From assembly GCA_963776275.1 (NCBI GenBank), contig CAVZMI010000027.1, positions 1 to 64,000 of the forward strand: a DNA stretch of 64,000 nt. Reading direction: 5' to 3'. The DNA is from Ignavibacteriota bacterium (GTDB lineage: Bacteria > Bacteroidota > Ignavibacteria > UBA10030 > CAVZMI01). Every line of letters begins with the position of its first letter. Position 1 is the stretch's first letter. Below are positions 43,406 through 53,483 of the stretch, in pieces. The notes below the pieces were generated by a model that saw nothing but the letters and a program-made list of their open reading frames with translations, did no database searches and was not told the origin of the DNA. A program made the translations under genes and the position numbers.

Positions 43406-43522
43406 AAGTAAAAAGTAAAAATTAAAAAGGAAAAAGTTTGAAGGGAAAATAGAAAAGCGATAAAAATATTATTTGATAGCCGCTTCATATATTTTTACTT
43501 TTTAATTTTTAATTTTTCCTTT
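43406..43522. repeat. Heptamer-periodic inverted repeat between nuoG and nuoH
   Basis: AAGTAAA-AAGTAAA-AATTAAA-AAGGAAA ... TTTTTAC-TTTTTAA-TTTTTAA-TTTTTCC. Confidence 0.65.
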
Positions 43523-43548
43523 CTACAAACTATTCGACATGTTTCTTG

Positions 43549-45201
43549 CTATCGAAGCTGGGCACCCTGACTCCCGATTGCTTGATATGTCAGTCCTTTG
43601 AACGCAGGGATTGTTGATGCCAGTTCATCAAACACTTCTTCTGCAGAGCCAAATTTAAACTTCGCTCCCATCAACGAGGCGATGCTCGAAATGATCCGCC
43701 ACGTAGGCCGTGCATCAAGCTTCACCGATTTCCCCCATTTATCAAAATGAGTCCCAAATTTATCGAGCCGGCTCAAGGCAAATCCGTCGAGAGTGCGATC
43801 GAGCTCTAGCGTTGCAACTACCGGTCTGATTCGCTGGACGCGCCGATTAAAGTTCGTAAACGTACCGTTACATTCGACATATGTTGAACAGGGAACAACG
43901 ATGTCGGCGATGCGTGTCGTTTCGTTTTCGTTTGTCGCATGGACTATGAGCAGATCGAGCTTGGCAAGAATCTCCGTCACTCCCGGAAGCGCAGCAATAT
44001 TATGATCGAGCAAATAGAGTGCGCGGATTTTCCCTTCGTTAATCGCTCCTAGTATTCCCTTGAAATCCAATCCGTCTGGTAGAGGCTTGAGGCCGACTTC
44101 CAGAGCTCCGGTCGTATTCGGCGTCTTATCGGCACGAATCAGAAGAGCATCTTCATCGCCGTCACGGCGCTCACGCGCAAAATCGATGTGTCTCGTCCCC
44201 ATGACGTCGCGCATGAACTTCACAAAAACATAATTATCTTCGTTGGTGGCATACGGCGAGCCGATACCGGCAATCTCGGGGCCTTTATATGTTTTCAATT
44301 CCGATCCAATCCGAGCGATGGCTTCGTCCCAGCTGACATCGACAAAATCACCCTGTCGGCGAAACCTGGAAGCCTTTAATCGTGTTTCTGAATTGATGTG
44401 CTTGAACGTATTCAACCGCCCATGGTCGCACATCCAATGGCCATTAACCGCCTCATTATACCGCGGAGTGAGGCGGAGAATTTCATTATTGCGGACCCAT
44501 ATGTTCATGTTGCATCCGCGCGCACAGCCGGTGCAGATTGAATCGGTGTTCGATAATTCCCACACGCGAGCCTTGAAACGAAAGTCCCGGCTCGTAAGCG
44601 CCCCCACAGGACACAATTCTATAACATTCATCGAGTAAGGATTATCAAGCTGCTCACCGGGGAATGTCTCAATTCTCGTCTGGTCGCCTCGCTGAACAAA
44701 CTGCAATTGATGCTTACCTACAATCTCATCGCAGAATCTGATGCAGCGGGAACAGAGAATGCACCGCTCGGAATCGAACATGACATTCGGTCCGATCGGA
44801 ACTCGTTTTTGCTTGTGAACCTTATCTTCATTGAACCGGCTGATACCGGTGCTGTATTTATACGAATAATCCTGCAGCTTACATTCGCCGGCTTCGTCAC
44901 AAATCGGACAATCGAGGGGATGGTTGATAAGCAGGAACTCCATCACCGCTTCCCGTGCCTTGACGGCTTTGTCCGACATGGTCTTGACGACCATTCCATC
45001 GGCAACCTGCGTTGCACAGGCGATGGCGAGTTTCGGCATTTTCTCGATTTCTACCAGGCACATGCGGCAGTTTCCCGATATCGTAAGTTTGGGATGCCAG
45101 CAAAAATGAGGTATCTCAATTCCATTTTCCTGTGCGGCCTGAATTACAGTACGCCCGTTTTCCACTTTAAATTCTTTATCGTCAATTGTGATTTTTATCA
45201 T
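43549..45201 (-). CDS. nuoG: NADH-quinone oxidoreductase subunit G (short form)
   Basis: IPHFCWH...GNCRMCLVE, HPLDCPICDEAGECKLQD, RCILCSRCIRFC, CTGCARGC. Confidence 0.92.
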   Translation of the reverse strand: MIKITIDDKEFKVENGRTVIQAAQENGIEIPHFCWHPKLTISGNCRMCLVEIEKMPKLAIACATQVADGMVVKTMSDKAVKAREAVMEFLLINHPLDCPICDEAGECKLQDYSYKYSTGISRFNEDKVHKQKRVPIGPNVMFDSERCILCSRCIRFCDEIVGKHQLQFVQRGDQTRIETFPGEQLDNPYSMNVIELCPVGALTSRDFRFKARVWELSNTDSICTGCARGCNMNIWVRNNEILRLTPRYNEAVNGHWMCDHGRLNTFKHINSETRLKASRFRRQGDFVDVSWDEAIARIGSELKTYKGPEIAGIGSPYATNEDNYVFVKFMRDVMGTRHIDFARERRDGDEDALLIRADKTPNTTGALEVGLKPLPDGLDFKGILGAINEGKIRALYLLDHNIAALPGVTEILAKLDLLIVHATNENETTRIADIVVPCSTYVECNGTFTNFNRRVQRIRPVVATLELDRTLDGFALSRLDKFGTHFDKWGKSVKLDARPTWRIISSIASLMGAKFKFGSAEEVFDELASTIPAFKGLTYQAIGSQGAQLR

Positions 45202-46619
45202 TTTCGCGTTACATACCGTTCGTGGAACTCTTTAAGTTTTAAAATGAAAGTTTCGATTTCCTCAACCGGCGGCAGGAAGGTCGTGCGGAAATGGAGAGTT
45301 CCGGGGAGATGGCCGAAACCTGAACCGGGGATAACACAAATCCCTGTTTCTTCCAGAAGCGTCAGGCAATATTCTGTGTCTCTTTTTTCTTCATAAACAT
45401 AACGCTCTTCCGGCGTCATTGAATCGGGATCCACTCCTTTTTCCACCGGTAGTGTAAACCGGACAAAAGCATACATTGCTCCGTGAGGCAGCTCGATCGA
45501 CATTCCTTTAATCGAGTTGATCCCCTGTGTAAGAATTTGAGCCTTTTTCTTCAGGGAATCAAGTACAATTTGACGTTCCCGTTGATACAAATCATAACTT
45601 TCATCGCCGGGCTGGGGAGGCGCAACCATGACGTAGATTGCAAATTGTCCCGGAAGGTTTGCACACAGGCTGATCGAAAAAAACTTCTCAAACTGTGCCA
45701 CGACAACGTCGGGGATATTCCGGAACTCGATATAGCCGCCCCTGTGTCCGCATTCGCCTAAGAAACCTTTTGAGACCGAATTATAGCTGAATAAAGAGAT
45801 ACTTGTCTCGTGCATATCATTCATGACTTTTGCGAACGAATAAAACTTACTGCCCTGGTCGTATACATTATCCTGATATACCTCATCGGCGAGTATTGAA
45901 AGCTTGTGACGGCGCGCGAAATTAACCACCATTGCGATATTTTCGTACGAAAGAACAGCACCGGTCGGATTCCCCGGATTTATCACCACGATGGCGACCG
46001 GATGGATGCCGTCACGCTGTGCTTCTGCTATACGTTCTTCCAGCACACGCTCGCTCAGCTGCCAGTGGTTCGTTTCATCGAGGATATAGCCAATCTGTTT
46101 TCCGCCATGCAATTCAATCGTTGCACTGTAAAGTGGATATTGTGGTATGGGTATCATCAATCCATCATTTTCACTTTTCTGAAGAGCAAGGATTACTGCC
46201 TGGGCTGCCTTGCTTGCGCCATCGGTTAGGATGATATGTTCTTTATCTGCAGTAACTCCATCGCGGCGTTGGATGTACTCGGCAATTGCCTCGCGTATAA
46301 ACGGAATCCCCATGCTCTGAGAATACGCTCCTGTGCCGAAAGGATATCGCGCAAACATTGTCCGCACTTTTTCGACCACATCAGACGGAAAGAGACTCTT
46401 TCCCTGGGGAGTGTCGAGAAGTTCAGGGTATTCCACAAGGCTGAGAATCTGCCGCAGGTATGTTATGGGGCGTTGTTTCAGTGCCTGCGGATTTCCAATA
46501 TTGCAGTAGATGATCTTTTTCCCCTGCTCTTCGAGCTGTTGCGCACGACTGACTATGGGTCCCCTGACCGCATATTGGGCTTTTAACAACCGTTCGCTGA
46601 TATTATTAACAGTAAGCAT
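45198..46619 (-). CDS. Class I/II PLP aminotransferase, alanine aminotransferase-like
   Basis: YAVRGPI, CNIGNPQ, PIPQYPLYSA, INPGNPTG, LADEVYQ, SVSKGFLGECGHRGGY. Confidence 0.9.
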   Translation of the reverse strand: MLTVNNISERLLKAQYAVRGPIVSRAQQLEEQGKKIIYCNIGNPQALKQRPITYLRQILSLVEYPELLDTPQGKSLFPSDVVEKVRTMFARYPFGTGAYSQSMGIPFIREAIAEYIQRRDGVTADKEHIILTDGASKAAQAVILALQKSENDGLMIPIPQYPLYSATIELHGGKQIGYILDETNHWQLSERVLEERIAEAQRDGIHPVAIVVINPGNPTGAVLSYENIAMVVNFARRHKLSILADEVYQDNVYDQGSKFYSFAKVMNDMHETSISLFSYNSVSKGFLGECGHRGGYIEFRNIPDVVVAQFEKFFSISLCANLPGQFAIYVMVAPPQPGDESYDLYQRERQIVLDSLKKKAQILTQGINSIKGMSIELPHGAMYAFVRFTLPVEKGVDPDSMTPEERYVYEEKRDTEYCLTLLEETGICVIPGSGFGHLPGTLHFRTTFLPPVEEIETFILKLKEFHERYVTRK

Positions 46620-46640
46620 AGTCTTTTTTATCGCCGTTCG

Positions 46641-47945
46641 TCACGCAGGTTGAATGACGACAGTTGAGAATTCTTTATCTTTGAATATCCTGCAGGCAAG
46701 GCGATGAAGTTTTTCCGGCGTTACCGCATCGAGCTCTCGAATAAGTGATTCCAATGACGGTACGTAACCGAAATATAGCTCGTTCGTACCCAATCTCATC
46801 ATTCGATTCGACATTCCCTCGAGCCCGAGTAAAATGTTCCCCTTCATCTGGGCTTTGGCCCGTCCAATTTCTTTGATGGTTACCGGTTTGATCCGGAGTG
46901 CGTCAAGTTCCCTGCGGATCAAATCCATGCTTGTCTTTACGTTTCGTTTATCTGTCTCGAGATAGATACCGAACGAACCCGTATCGGCCAGCAGGTTGAT
47001 AAACGAATAAATAGAGTATGCGACTCCACGCTTTTCACGGATTTTTTGGTAGAGCCGCGAGCTCATACCATCCCCAAGAATCGTATTAAGAACGATCAGC
47101 GGATACCGGTACGGACTTTTAATGCCTTCGGTAATTCTGCCGAGGCACACGTGTGCCTGACTGATTGGTTTAACATATTCCGAATGATCCACCCGATGGT
47201 AATTCATCTGCGATCGTCGCCGCTTTGTTTTTCCTAGACGGGCCGATCGAAATTTCTTTTCGACAAGATCTATAAATTTCTCGTGATTGACTTTACCCGC
47301 AGCTGCAACGACCATATTCCCGGCTGTGTAATGTCGATCCACGAACGAGAGGAGTCCGTTTCGCGAGAATGATGCTACGTTTTCCGCATTCCCGATTACC
47401 GGAAATGAAAGCGGATACGGCTGGTAGAGGTTTCTCTCGAAATAATCAAAGATGACATCATCGGGCGTGTCTTCAACGTCTTTCAATTCCTCGAGAATAA
47501 CAAGCCGTTCTTTCTCGACTCCGCGTACCGGAAATGCCGGGAAAAGAACCAGGTCGGCCAGAACATCCACTGCTAACGACGTATACTCATCCATCACCCG
47601 CGCATAAAAGCAGGTATGTTCCTTTCCCGTAAAAGCGTTGAGATAGCCTCCTATGGATTCAAGAGACCGTGCAATCTCGGCTCCACGGCGATGGATCGTT
47701 CCTTTAAATACAGCGTGCTCAAGAAAATGAGCAATCCCGTTATTCCTTGTGTCTTCGTCTCTCGATCCCACATCGATCCAAACACCGATGGAGACCGAAT
47801 GGATATTCGGAACCTCTTCGGTGACGACCCGGAGCCCGTTTGTAAGAACAGTCTTCCGTATTATAGAAGCCGACTCCCTGTACTGCAATCGGGAAGCACC
47901 ATAATGGGAAGAGGACGATATAGGATCACTCACGTACAATCTCAT
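46641..47945 (-). CDS. M16 (pitrilysin) family zinc peptidase
   Basis: GIAHFLEH (HxxEH), LNAFTGKEHT, GMSSRLYQKIREKRGVAY. Exact start uncertain. Confidence 0.92.
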   Translation of the reverse strand: MRLYVSDPISSSSHYGASRLQYRESASIIRKTVLTNGLRVVTEEVPNIHSVSIGVWIDVGSRDEDTRNNGIAHFLEHAVFKGTIHRRGAEIARSLESIGGYLNAFTGKEHTCFYARVMDEYTSLAVDVLADLVLFPAFPVRGVEKERLVILEELKDVEDTPDDVIFDYFERNLYQPYPLSFPVIGNAENVASFSRNGLLSFVDRHYTAGNMVVAAAGKVNHEKFIDLVEKKFRSARLGKTKRRRSQMNYHRVDHSEYVKPISQAHVCLGRITEGIKSPYRYPLIVLNTILGDGMSSRLYQKIREKRGVAYSIYSFINLLADTGSFGIYLETDKRNVKTSMDLIRRELDALRIKPVTIKEIGRAKAQMKGNILLGLEGMSNRMMRLGTNELYFGYVPSLESLIRELDAVTPEKLHRLACRIFKDKEFSTVVIQPA

Positions 47946-48015
47946 ATTTATTATAAAAATATACCAACTTTAGTGCCGAGAGTCAAGAAATGGAAACCTA
48001 CCGTACACATATAAA

Positions 48016-48049
48016 ATAAAAAACCCTCCATGATCATTGCAGGAGGGTT
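48016..48049 (-). terminator. Rho-independent terminator after serC
   Basis: AACCCTCC...GGAGGGTT stem followed by a T run on the minus strand. Confidence 0.65.
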
Positions 48050-48072
48050 CTATCACTTTATCATTCATCTTT

Positions 48073-49158
48073 TTATTTATTTGCCTTATAGAATTCCTCC
48101 ATGAATTTTGCCAGAAGCTCTATCGATTCTATCGGACAGGCGTTGTACACCGAGGCACGTATGCCACCGACAGAACGATGACCTTTCAGTCCGAGCATTT
48201 TTTTTGCCTTCGCCTCACTCACAAATTTATCTTCAAGCTCCGGCGTTGGAAGATTCCATGTAATATTCATCAACGAACGATCTTCCTTCACTACGACGGT
48301 CCCTTTGTAAAAATCGGAATGCGCATCAATGACGTCATAGATCATTCTGGCTTTTTTCTCGTTTCGTATTTGGAGTGCTTCAACACCACCCTCTTTTATT
48401 ATCCATTTCAAGGTTTTTCCTAGAACGTAGACGGCATATACAGGCGGTGTATTATAGACCGATTGTTTCTCAACATGGATTTTGTACTTCAGCATAGACG
48501 GGATATTATCCTTTGCCTTTTCTTCCATCCATTTCTTCTTAATAACGACCATCACGACGCCGGCAGGACCGATATTTTTTTGGGCACCGGCATATATCAA
48601 GCTGAATTTACTAAAATCAATTTTCCGGCTTAACATATCCGACGACATATCGGCCACAAGAGGAAGGCTACCCACATCCGGTATGGTCTTCCACTCCGTG
48701 CCATAGATCGTGTTGTTGGTTGTGATGTGAACGTAATCGGCATCCTTTGAGAACGTTATGCTCTTTGGGATTTGATTAAATTTTGTTTCTTTTGAAGAAG
48801 CGGCTTCTACAACCTCTCCAAAGAGTTTTGCTTCCTTTGCCGCCTTCGTCGCCCACTCGCCGGTAATGACATAGTCCGCTTTCTTATATAAGAAGTTCAT
48901 CGGGACCATGGCAAACTGTAAACTCGCACCACCACCGAGAAAGACCACAGAATACTCATCAGGCGAGAGTCCCATGATAGCGAGTGCATCTTTCTGGGCA
49001 TCGAGAATAACAGCATCAAATTCCTTTGAACGGTGACTGACCTCGAGAATTGAAACCCCGAGATTCGCAAAGTCCATGATCGCATCCCGCGATTCTTCGA
49101 GGACTGAGTATGGAAGAACTGCCGGGCCGGCAAAAAAATTGTGTGAACGTGTCGCCAT
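48073..49158 (-). CDS. serC: Phosphoserine aminotransferase
   Basis: NFFAGPAVLP, SHRS, GGASLQF, ADMSSD, AGAQKNIGPAG, GHRSVGGIRASVYNA. Confidence 0.96.
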   Translation of the reverse strand: MATRSHNFFAGPAVLPYSVLEESRDAIMDFANLGVSILEVSHRSKEFDAVILDAQKDALAIMGLSPDEYSVVFLGGGASLQFAMVPMNFLYKKADYVITGEWATKAAKEAKLFGEVVEAASSKETKFNQIPKSITFSKDADYVHITTNNTIYGTEWKTIPDVGSLPLVADMSSDMLSRKIDFSKFSLIYAGAQKNIGPAGVVMVVIKKKWMEEKAKDNIPSMLKYKIHVEKQSVYNTPPVYAVYVLGKTLKWIIKEGGVEALQIRNEKKARMIYDVIDAHSDFYKGTVVVKEDRSLMNITWNLPTPELEDKFVSEAKAKKMLGLKGHRSVGGIRASVYNACPIESIELLAKFMEEFYKANK

Positions 49159-49373
49159 AAAATTTACTCCTGAGTGATAAGGGGCCGGTACTTAAAAAGT
49201 GTCATAGTTAATTAATTATACTCTTTTTTTTTGAAAAAAGCTACTCTCCCCCTGCTGCCCCGGACAAATATTGATGCGAAATCAGTTGCTCATCACAGAA
49301 ATTTTTCATATGTTGTTAATTATATAGTTCATATAGACTAATTATTCAACTCTTATTTTCCTTGAGGTAAGCT

Positions 49374-50291
49374 ATGAAAATCCTCATTACCGACGGCATA
49401 TCACCTGAAGGGGCGAAAATCCTTACTGATGCGGGCTATGAAGTCGTTCAGAAAAAACTCACACCGGAAGAACTCGTCGCTCAGATAGGAGTGTATGATT
49501 GTATTATTGTTCGCTCGGCAACAAAGGTTACGAAAGAAGTCATCGAGGCAGGCAAGAATCTAAAAGTAATCGCACGTGGCGGTGTCGGCGTAGATAATAT
49601 CGATGTGAAGACCGCAGAACAACGAGGAATTCCCGTGCTGAATACCCCGGGTGCTTCGGCGGTCTCGGTTGCGGAGCTCGCTATTGGCCATATGCTGGCA
49701 ATCAGCCGTTTTCTGCACGTCAGTACAATGGACATGCGTCAGGGGAAATGGCCCAAGAAGGAATACTCGAACGGTATCGAGTTATACAAAAAAACGCTCG
49801 GAATTCTTGGACTCGGCAACATCGGAAAAGAAGTTGCCCGGCGTGCTCTCGGTATGGGAATGCAGGTCCTCGCCTACGACCCACCATTCACGGCGATGGA
49901 TTTCTTCGTCGAGATCACTACAAAAGAGCGGCTGTTGAAAAATTCCGACTTCATCACGCTCCATCTCCCATACGATAAACAGCATGGACCGGCAATAGGA
50001 AAAGCGGAATTCGACCAGATGAAAAAGGGAGTGATCCTGATAAATTGCGCCCGTGGCGGCGTAGTCGATGAGGCGGCTCTACTCGACGCACTCAATAGCG
50101 GAAAAGTTGCCGGTGCTGCACTCGATGTCTTCATCAATGAACCACCGACCGAAGCCCAACATGCGCTGATCAATCATCCGCGCGTCAGTGTCTCGCCACA
50201 TATTGGCGGTCAGACAATCGAGGCACAGGATCGCGTCGGGACAGAGATCGCGCTCAAAGTCATTAAAACACTTACACCGGAAAAAGTATAG
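49374..50291 (+). CDS. serA: D-3-phosphoglycerate dehydrogenase (short, no ACT domain)
   Basis: VRSATKVT, RGGVGVDNID, GLGNIG, INCARGGVVDE, PHIGGQT; adjacent to serC. Confidence 0.85.
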   Translation: MKILITDGISPEGAKILTDAGYEVVQKKLTPEELVAQIGVYDCIIVRSATKVTKEVIEAGKNLKVIARGGVGVDNIDVKTAEQRGIPVLNTPGASAVSVAELAIGHMLAISRFLHVSTMDMRQGKWPKKEYSNGIELYKKTLGILGLGNIGKEVARRALGMGMQVLAYDPPFTAMDFFVEITTKERLLKNSDFITLHLPYDKQHGPAIGKAEFDQMKKGVILINCARGGVVDEAALLDALNSGKVAGAALDVFINEPPTEAQHALINHPRVSVSPHIGGQTIEAQDRVGTEIALKVIKTLTPEKV

Positions 50292-50309
50292 CCCATATTT
50301 GAGACCTTC

Positions 50310-51551
50310 ATGGCCACACTGCGACCGTTCATCGCATATCGACCAAGACCTGAATTCGCCGCCGAGGTCGCGGCAAGACCCTATGATGTTCTTGACTCCG
50401 ATGAGGCCCGTGAAGAAGTGAAAGGGCATCCGTACTCATTTTTACACGTCGGAAAACCCGAAGTCGATCTCGATCCTTCAATTAATCTGCACGACCCACG
50501 CGTTTACGAAAAAGGAAAAGAGAATCTTCAAAAACTTATTCATGATGGTATCCTTATCCCCGATACCGCTCCATGTCTGTACGTCTATGCCCAGACAATG
50601 AACGGCCGTACCCAGTATGGAATTGTCGGATGCGCATCGGTCGAGGAATACTGGAACGGCACGATCAAGAAACACGAGCTAACACGGAAGGACAAGGAAG
50701 AAGACCGCTGTAATCATGTGCGCGTGACGAATTCACACAGCGGACCCATTTTCCTCATCTATCCGGATGACACACCGATTAACGAGATCGTGGCAAGAAC
50801 CGTTACACATCCCCCCGTCAACGATCACGTCGCCGTCGATGGCATCCGTCATCAATCGTGGGTGATCAATGATCAGAAGGATATCACTGCACTTACCAAT
50901 CGTTTTGCAGCAACTCCTTATCTCTATATTGCCGATGGGCACCACCGCTCAGCGGCGGCATCAACTGTTGGACGCGAACGGAAAGCCGCAAATCCACATC
51001 ACCGCGGCAACGAGGAATATAATTTTTTCCTGGCGGTGGCATTCCCTGCGAGTCAGTTAAGGATTATGGATTATAATCGGCTGGTAAAAGATCTCAACGG
51101 ACTTACAGCGGATCAATTTTTTACACGTTGCAAAGAACACTTCACGGTTCAACCCGCTTCAGAACAGGTGCATCCCGGAAAGAAAGGCGATATCGGTGTG
51201 TATTTAGAAAAGAAATGTTACACATTGAGTGCATCTCCATCAATCAGTAATAATCCTGATCCGGTCCTCCGGCTAGACGTTTCAGTTCTGCAGTATTATC
51301 TGCTTGATCCTATACTCGGCATCAAAGATCCGAGGACGGACAAACGGATTGATTTCGTAGGGGGAATCCGGGGCCTAAGCGAGCTCAAGCGGCGTGTGGA
51401 TTCGGGCGAGATGGCAATTGCATTCAGTCTGCATCCGACATCGATTCACGAGCTGATCTCAATCGCCGATGCAGGAAAAATCATGCCGCCAAAATCGACA
51501 TGGTTCGAGCCGAAATTACGGGATGGATTATTCGTGCATCTTCTTGATTAG
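50310..51551 (+). CDS. DUF1015 family protein
   Basis: PYDV, IKKHELT, YIADGHHR, MPPKSTWFEPKLRDGL; typical serA neighbour. Confidence 0.92.
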   Translation: MATLRPFIAYRPRPEFAAEVAARPYDVLDSDEAREEVKGHPYSFLHVGKPEVDLDPSINLHDPRVYEKGKENLQKLIHDGILIPDTAPCLYVYAQTMNGRTQYGIVGCASVEEYWNGTIKKHELTRKDKEEDRCNHVRVTNSHSGPIFLIYPDDTPINEIVARTVTHPPVNDHVAVDGIRHQSWVINDQKDITALTNRFAATPYLYIADGHHRSAAASTVGRERKAANPHHRGNEEYNFFLAVAFPASQLRIMDYNRLVKDLNGLTADQFFTRCKEHFTVQPASEQVHPGKKGDIGVYLEKKCYTLSASPSISNNPDPVLRLDVSVLQYYLLDPILGIKDPRTDKRIDFVGGIRGLSELKRRVDSGEMAIAFSLHPTSIHELISIADAGKIMPPKSTWFEPKLRDGLFVHLLD

Positions 51552-51609
51552 GGATTGCATACACTTTATACGTTACCAGTACCTGTCGGGGTTTTGTGTA
51601 TTCGAGTTA

Positions 51610-53481
51610 TTACTTTTTCTTAAATAACCCTTTCAACGCACCTTCTATTTTTTCTTTTCCTGCGTCCAATTGTTTTTTCTTCTCTTGATCGATGCGTGCT
51701 TCCAGTTCTTTCTTCTTTGAATCAACTAACGCAAGTTTCTCATTAACTATGCTTTCATATCCATTTATACGCGACTGAATCTCGCCTTTTTTCTGATTGA
51801 ATACTTTTTCTAACTCCTGCCGTTTCTCACTGATTTTCTCGTTCACCTTTTGACGGATATCATTTTCGATCCGTGCGATCTCGTCTCCGATAACTTTCTT
51901 AGTCCGCCCCGCCAATTGTTCATCGAGATCGGTGGACAATGCAACATCGAAATTTTCTGCCGTTTTCCAGAGCCGCACCTTGACTTCAAAACCCTGAATT
52001 GCCGCAAGAACATCGCGTACGATTCGTTCGACATCGGTCTGTGGAGCACGTTCGAATATAATTGCCGCATCACTGAAGTCAATCCGGGCATGTGAATCGA
52101 AATTATCTCCGGGTACATCGACCTCGGCATCGATTTTTGCCGACGCCCGGGCAATCTTTGAGGGGAGAAAATCGGAACTCCCTACATTAAATGATCCTAC
52201 CGGAACTCCGGAAAGAACTGCTGAATAGTGATCGTGCGATATCTCCGATCGGCGATCCAACATTGCATCAAACATTAAAGATGTATGCCCTCCTCTGTTT
52301 GCTTCAAGTGCGATAGTCAATGGTGCACCGACCACCCGCTGATCTGTCGTTATATTATTCACTTCACCATGGCCATAGTAATATTCCGGATCCTGTTGTT
52401 GATCGGTTCCCCCGGAAATCAATATTTTTTTAATCCAGAATTTCGGATAACTGTGGTCTGTGGTAAACCGGATATTCTGTCCTTTCATGCGGGGCGGACT
52501 TTCATTTTCTGTTTCCGGAGAAGACTTTGGCATTTTCGACTTGATCAAGTCCACCCATGAGAGATAATAATTTGCATCGGATAGAATTTTTTTCCCGAGC
52601 AGGAGTTTCGCAATCCCCTGCATGCTGAAATCCGGAAGTCTGGCCAATCCTTTCACCCGTTCATAATCCGCTTTTGCCAGATCGTCAATCATCCCTACCG
52701 AATTAGTTAGTGAAGTAATTTCATTAGTGATGGCTGTCCGCCGTGTAGTAAAAACCTCGTTCAGATCATTAACGTTTTTGTAAGACGAATTGACATTCGC
52801 AATCGCCGTGGTGATACTTTCGATTGTTTTCAGTTCGTTAATATTAATTGCCTTGATGTTCGCTTCGATTTCAGAAATCTTTTGTTTTGATTTTTCAACG
52901 TCAGCCAATGTAGCTTCCCATTGCTTACCCGCTGTTTCAACCTGTTTCTTCAGCGTATCGATATGCTGTATTGATCGGAACGAATGAACATCAAGGAGAC
53001 TATCGATCTTCAATTCCTTTTTTAATTTTGACAGATCGAATACAGGAGCTTGCGATACCTCTCTTGTCAGAACTGAGGATACTTGATTTGTTAATGAAGG
53101 AGACGATGGTGGCGGTGACGGAGGTTTTGGTATTGACCCGTCGGTGGTCCGCTTTGTACCGATGATAAAATTGTTCACCTCCATGGTTTCAATGATGTAT
53201 TTATTCCGGAGGAGTTGTCCGATATCCAGAGCCGCGCGAACCTTCCCCGTTTCAAAAATATTCTTCCACGGGTCGTGTGAATTGGCTACTTGAAACCGGT
53301 CGAATTCGAGTGCGAGTGGAGACAGGGACACACGGAAGCCGTCGATTTCAACCTTTGCGCCGACAATCGCCTCACCAGCCGATTCCAATCCCGATTCGAT
53401 CCATCGATCAATAAACAGATAGATGATGATGCCCAGGAGAAGTACCGGAAGTAGGATGAAATAGACAAATTTTTTTCTCAC
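51610..53481 (-). CDS. TIGR03545 family protein
   Basis: N-terminal TM, GAKVEID, coiled coils, PRMKGQNIRF; paired with a TIGR03546-like gene. Confidence 0.8.
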   Translation of the reverse strand: MRKKFVYFILLPVLLLGIIIYLFIDRWIESGLESAGEAIVGAKVEIDGFRVSLSPLALEFDRFQVANSHDPWKNIFETGKVRAALDIGQLLRNKYIIETMEVNNFIIGTKRTTDGSIPKPPSPPPSSPSLTNQVSSVLTREVSQAPVFDLSKLKKELKIDSLLDVHSFRSIQHIDTLKKQVETAGKQWEATLADVEKSKQKISEIEANIKAININELKTIESITTAIANVNSSYKNVNDLNEVFTTRRTAITNEITSLTNSVGMIDDLAKADYERVKGLARLPDFSMQGIAKLLLGKKILSDANYYLSWVDLIKSKMPKSSPETENESPPRMKGQNIRFTTDHSYPKFWIKKILISGGTDQQQDPEYYYGHGEVNNITTDQRVVGAPLTIALEANRGGHTSLMFDAMLDRRSEISHDHYSAVLSGVPVGSFNVGSSDFLPSKIARASAKIDAEVDVPGDNFDSHARIDFSDAAIIFERAPQTDVERIVRDVLAAIQGFEVKVRLWKTAENFDVALSTDLDEQLAGRTKKVIGDEIARIENDIRQKVNEKISEKRQELEKVFNQKKGEIQSRINGYESIVNEKLALVDSKKKELEARIDQEKKKQLDAGKEKIEGALKGLFKKK

Positions 53482-53483
53482 GG

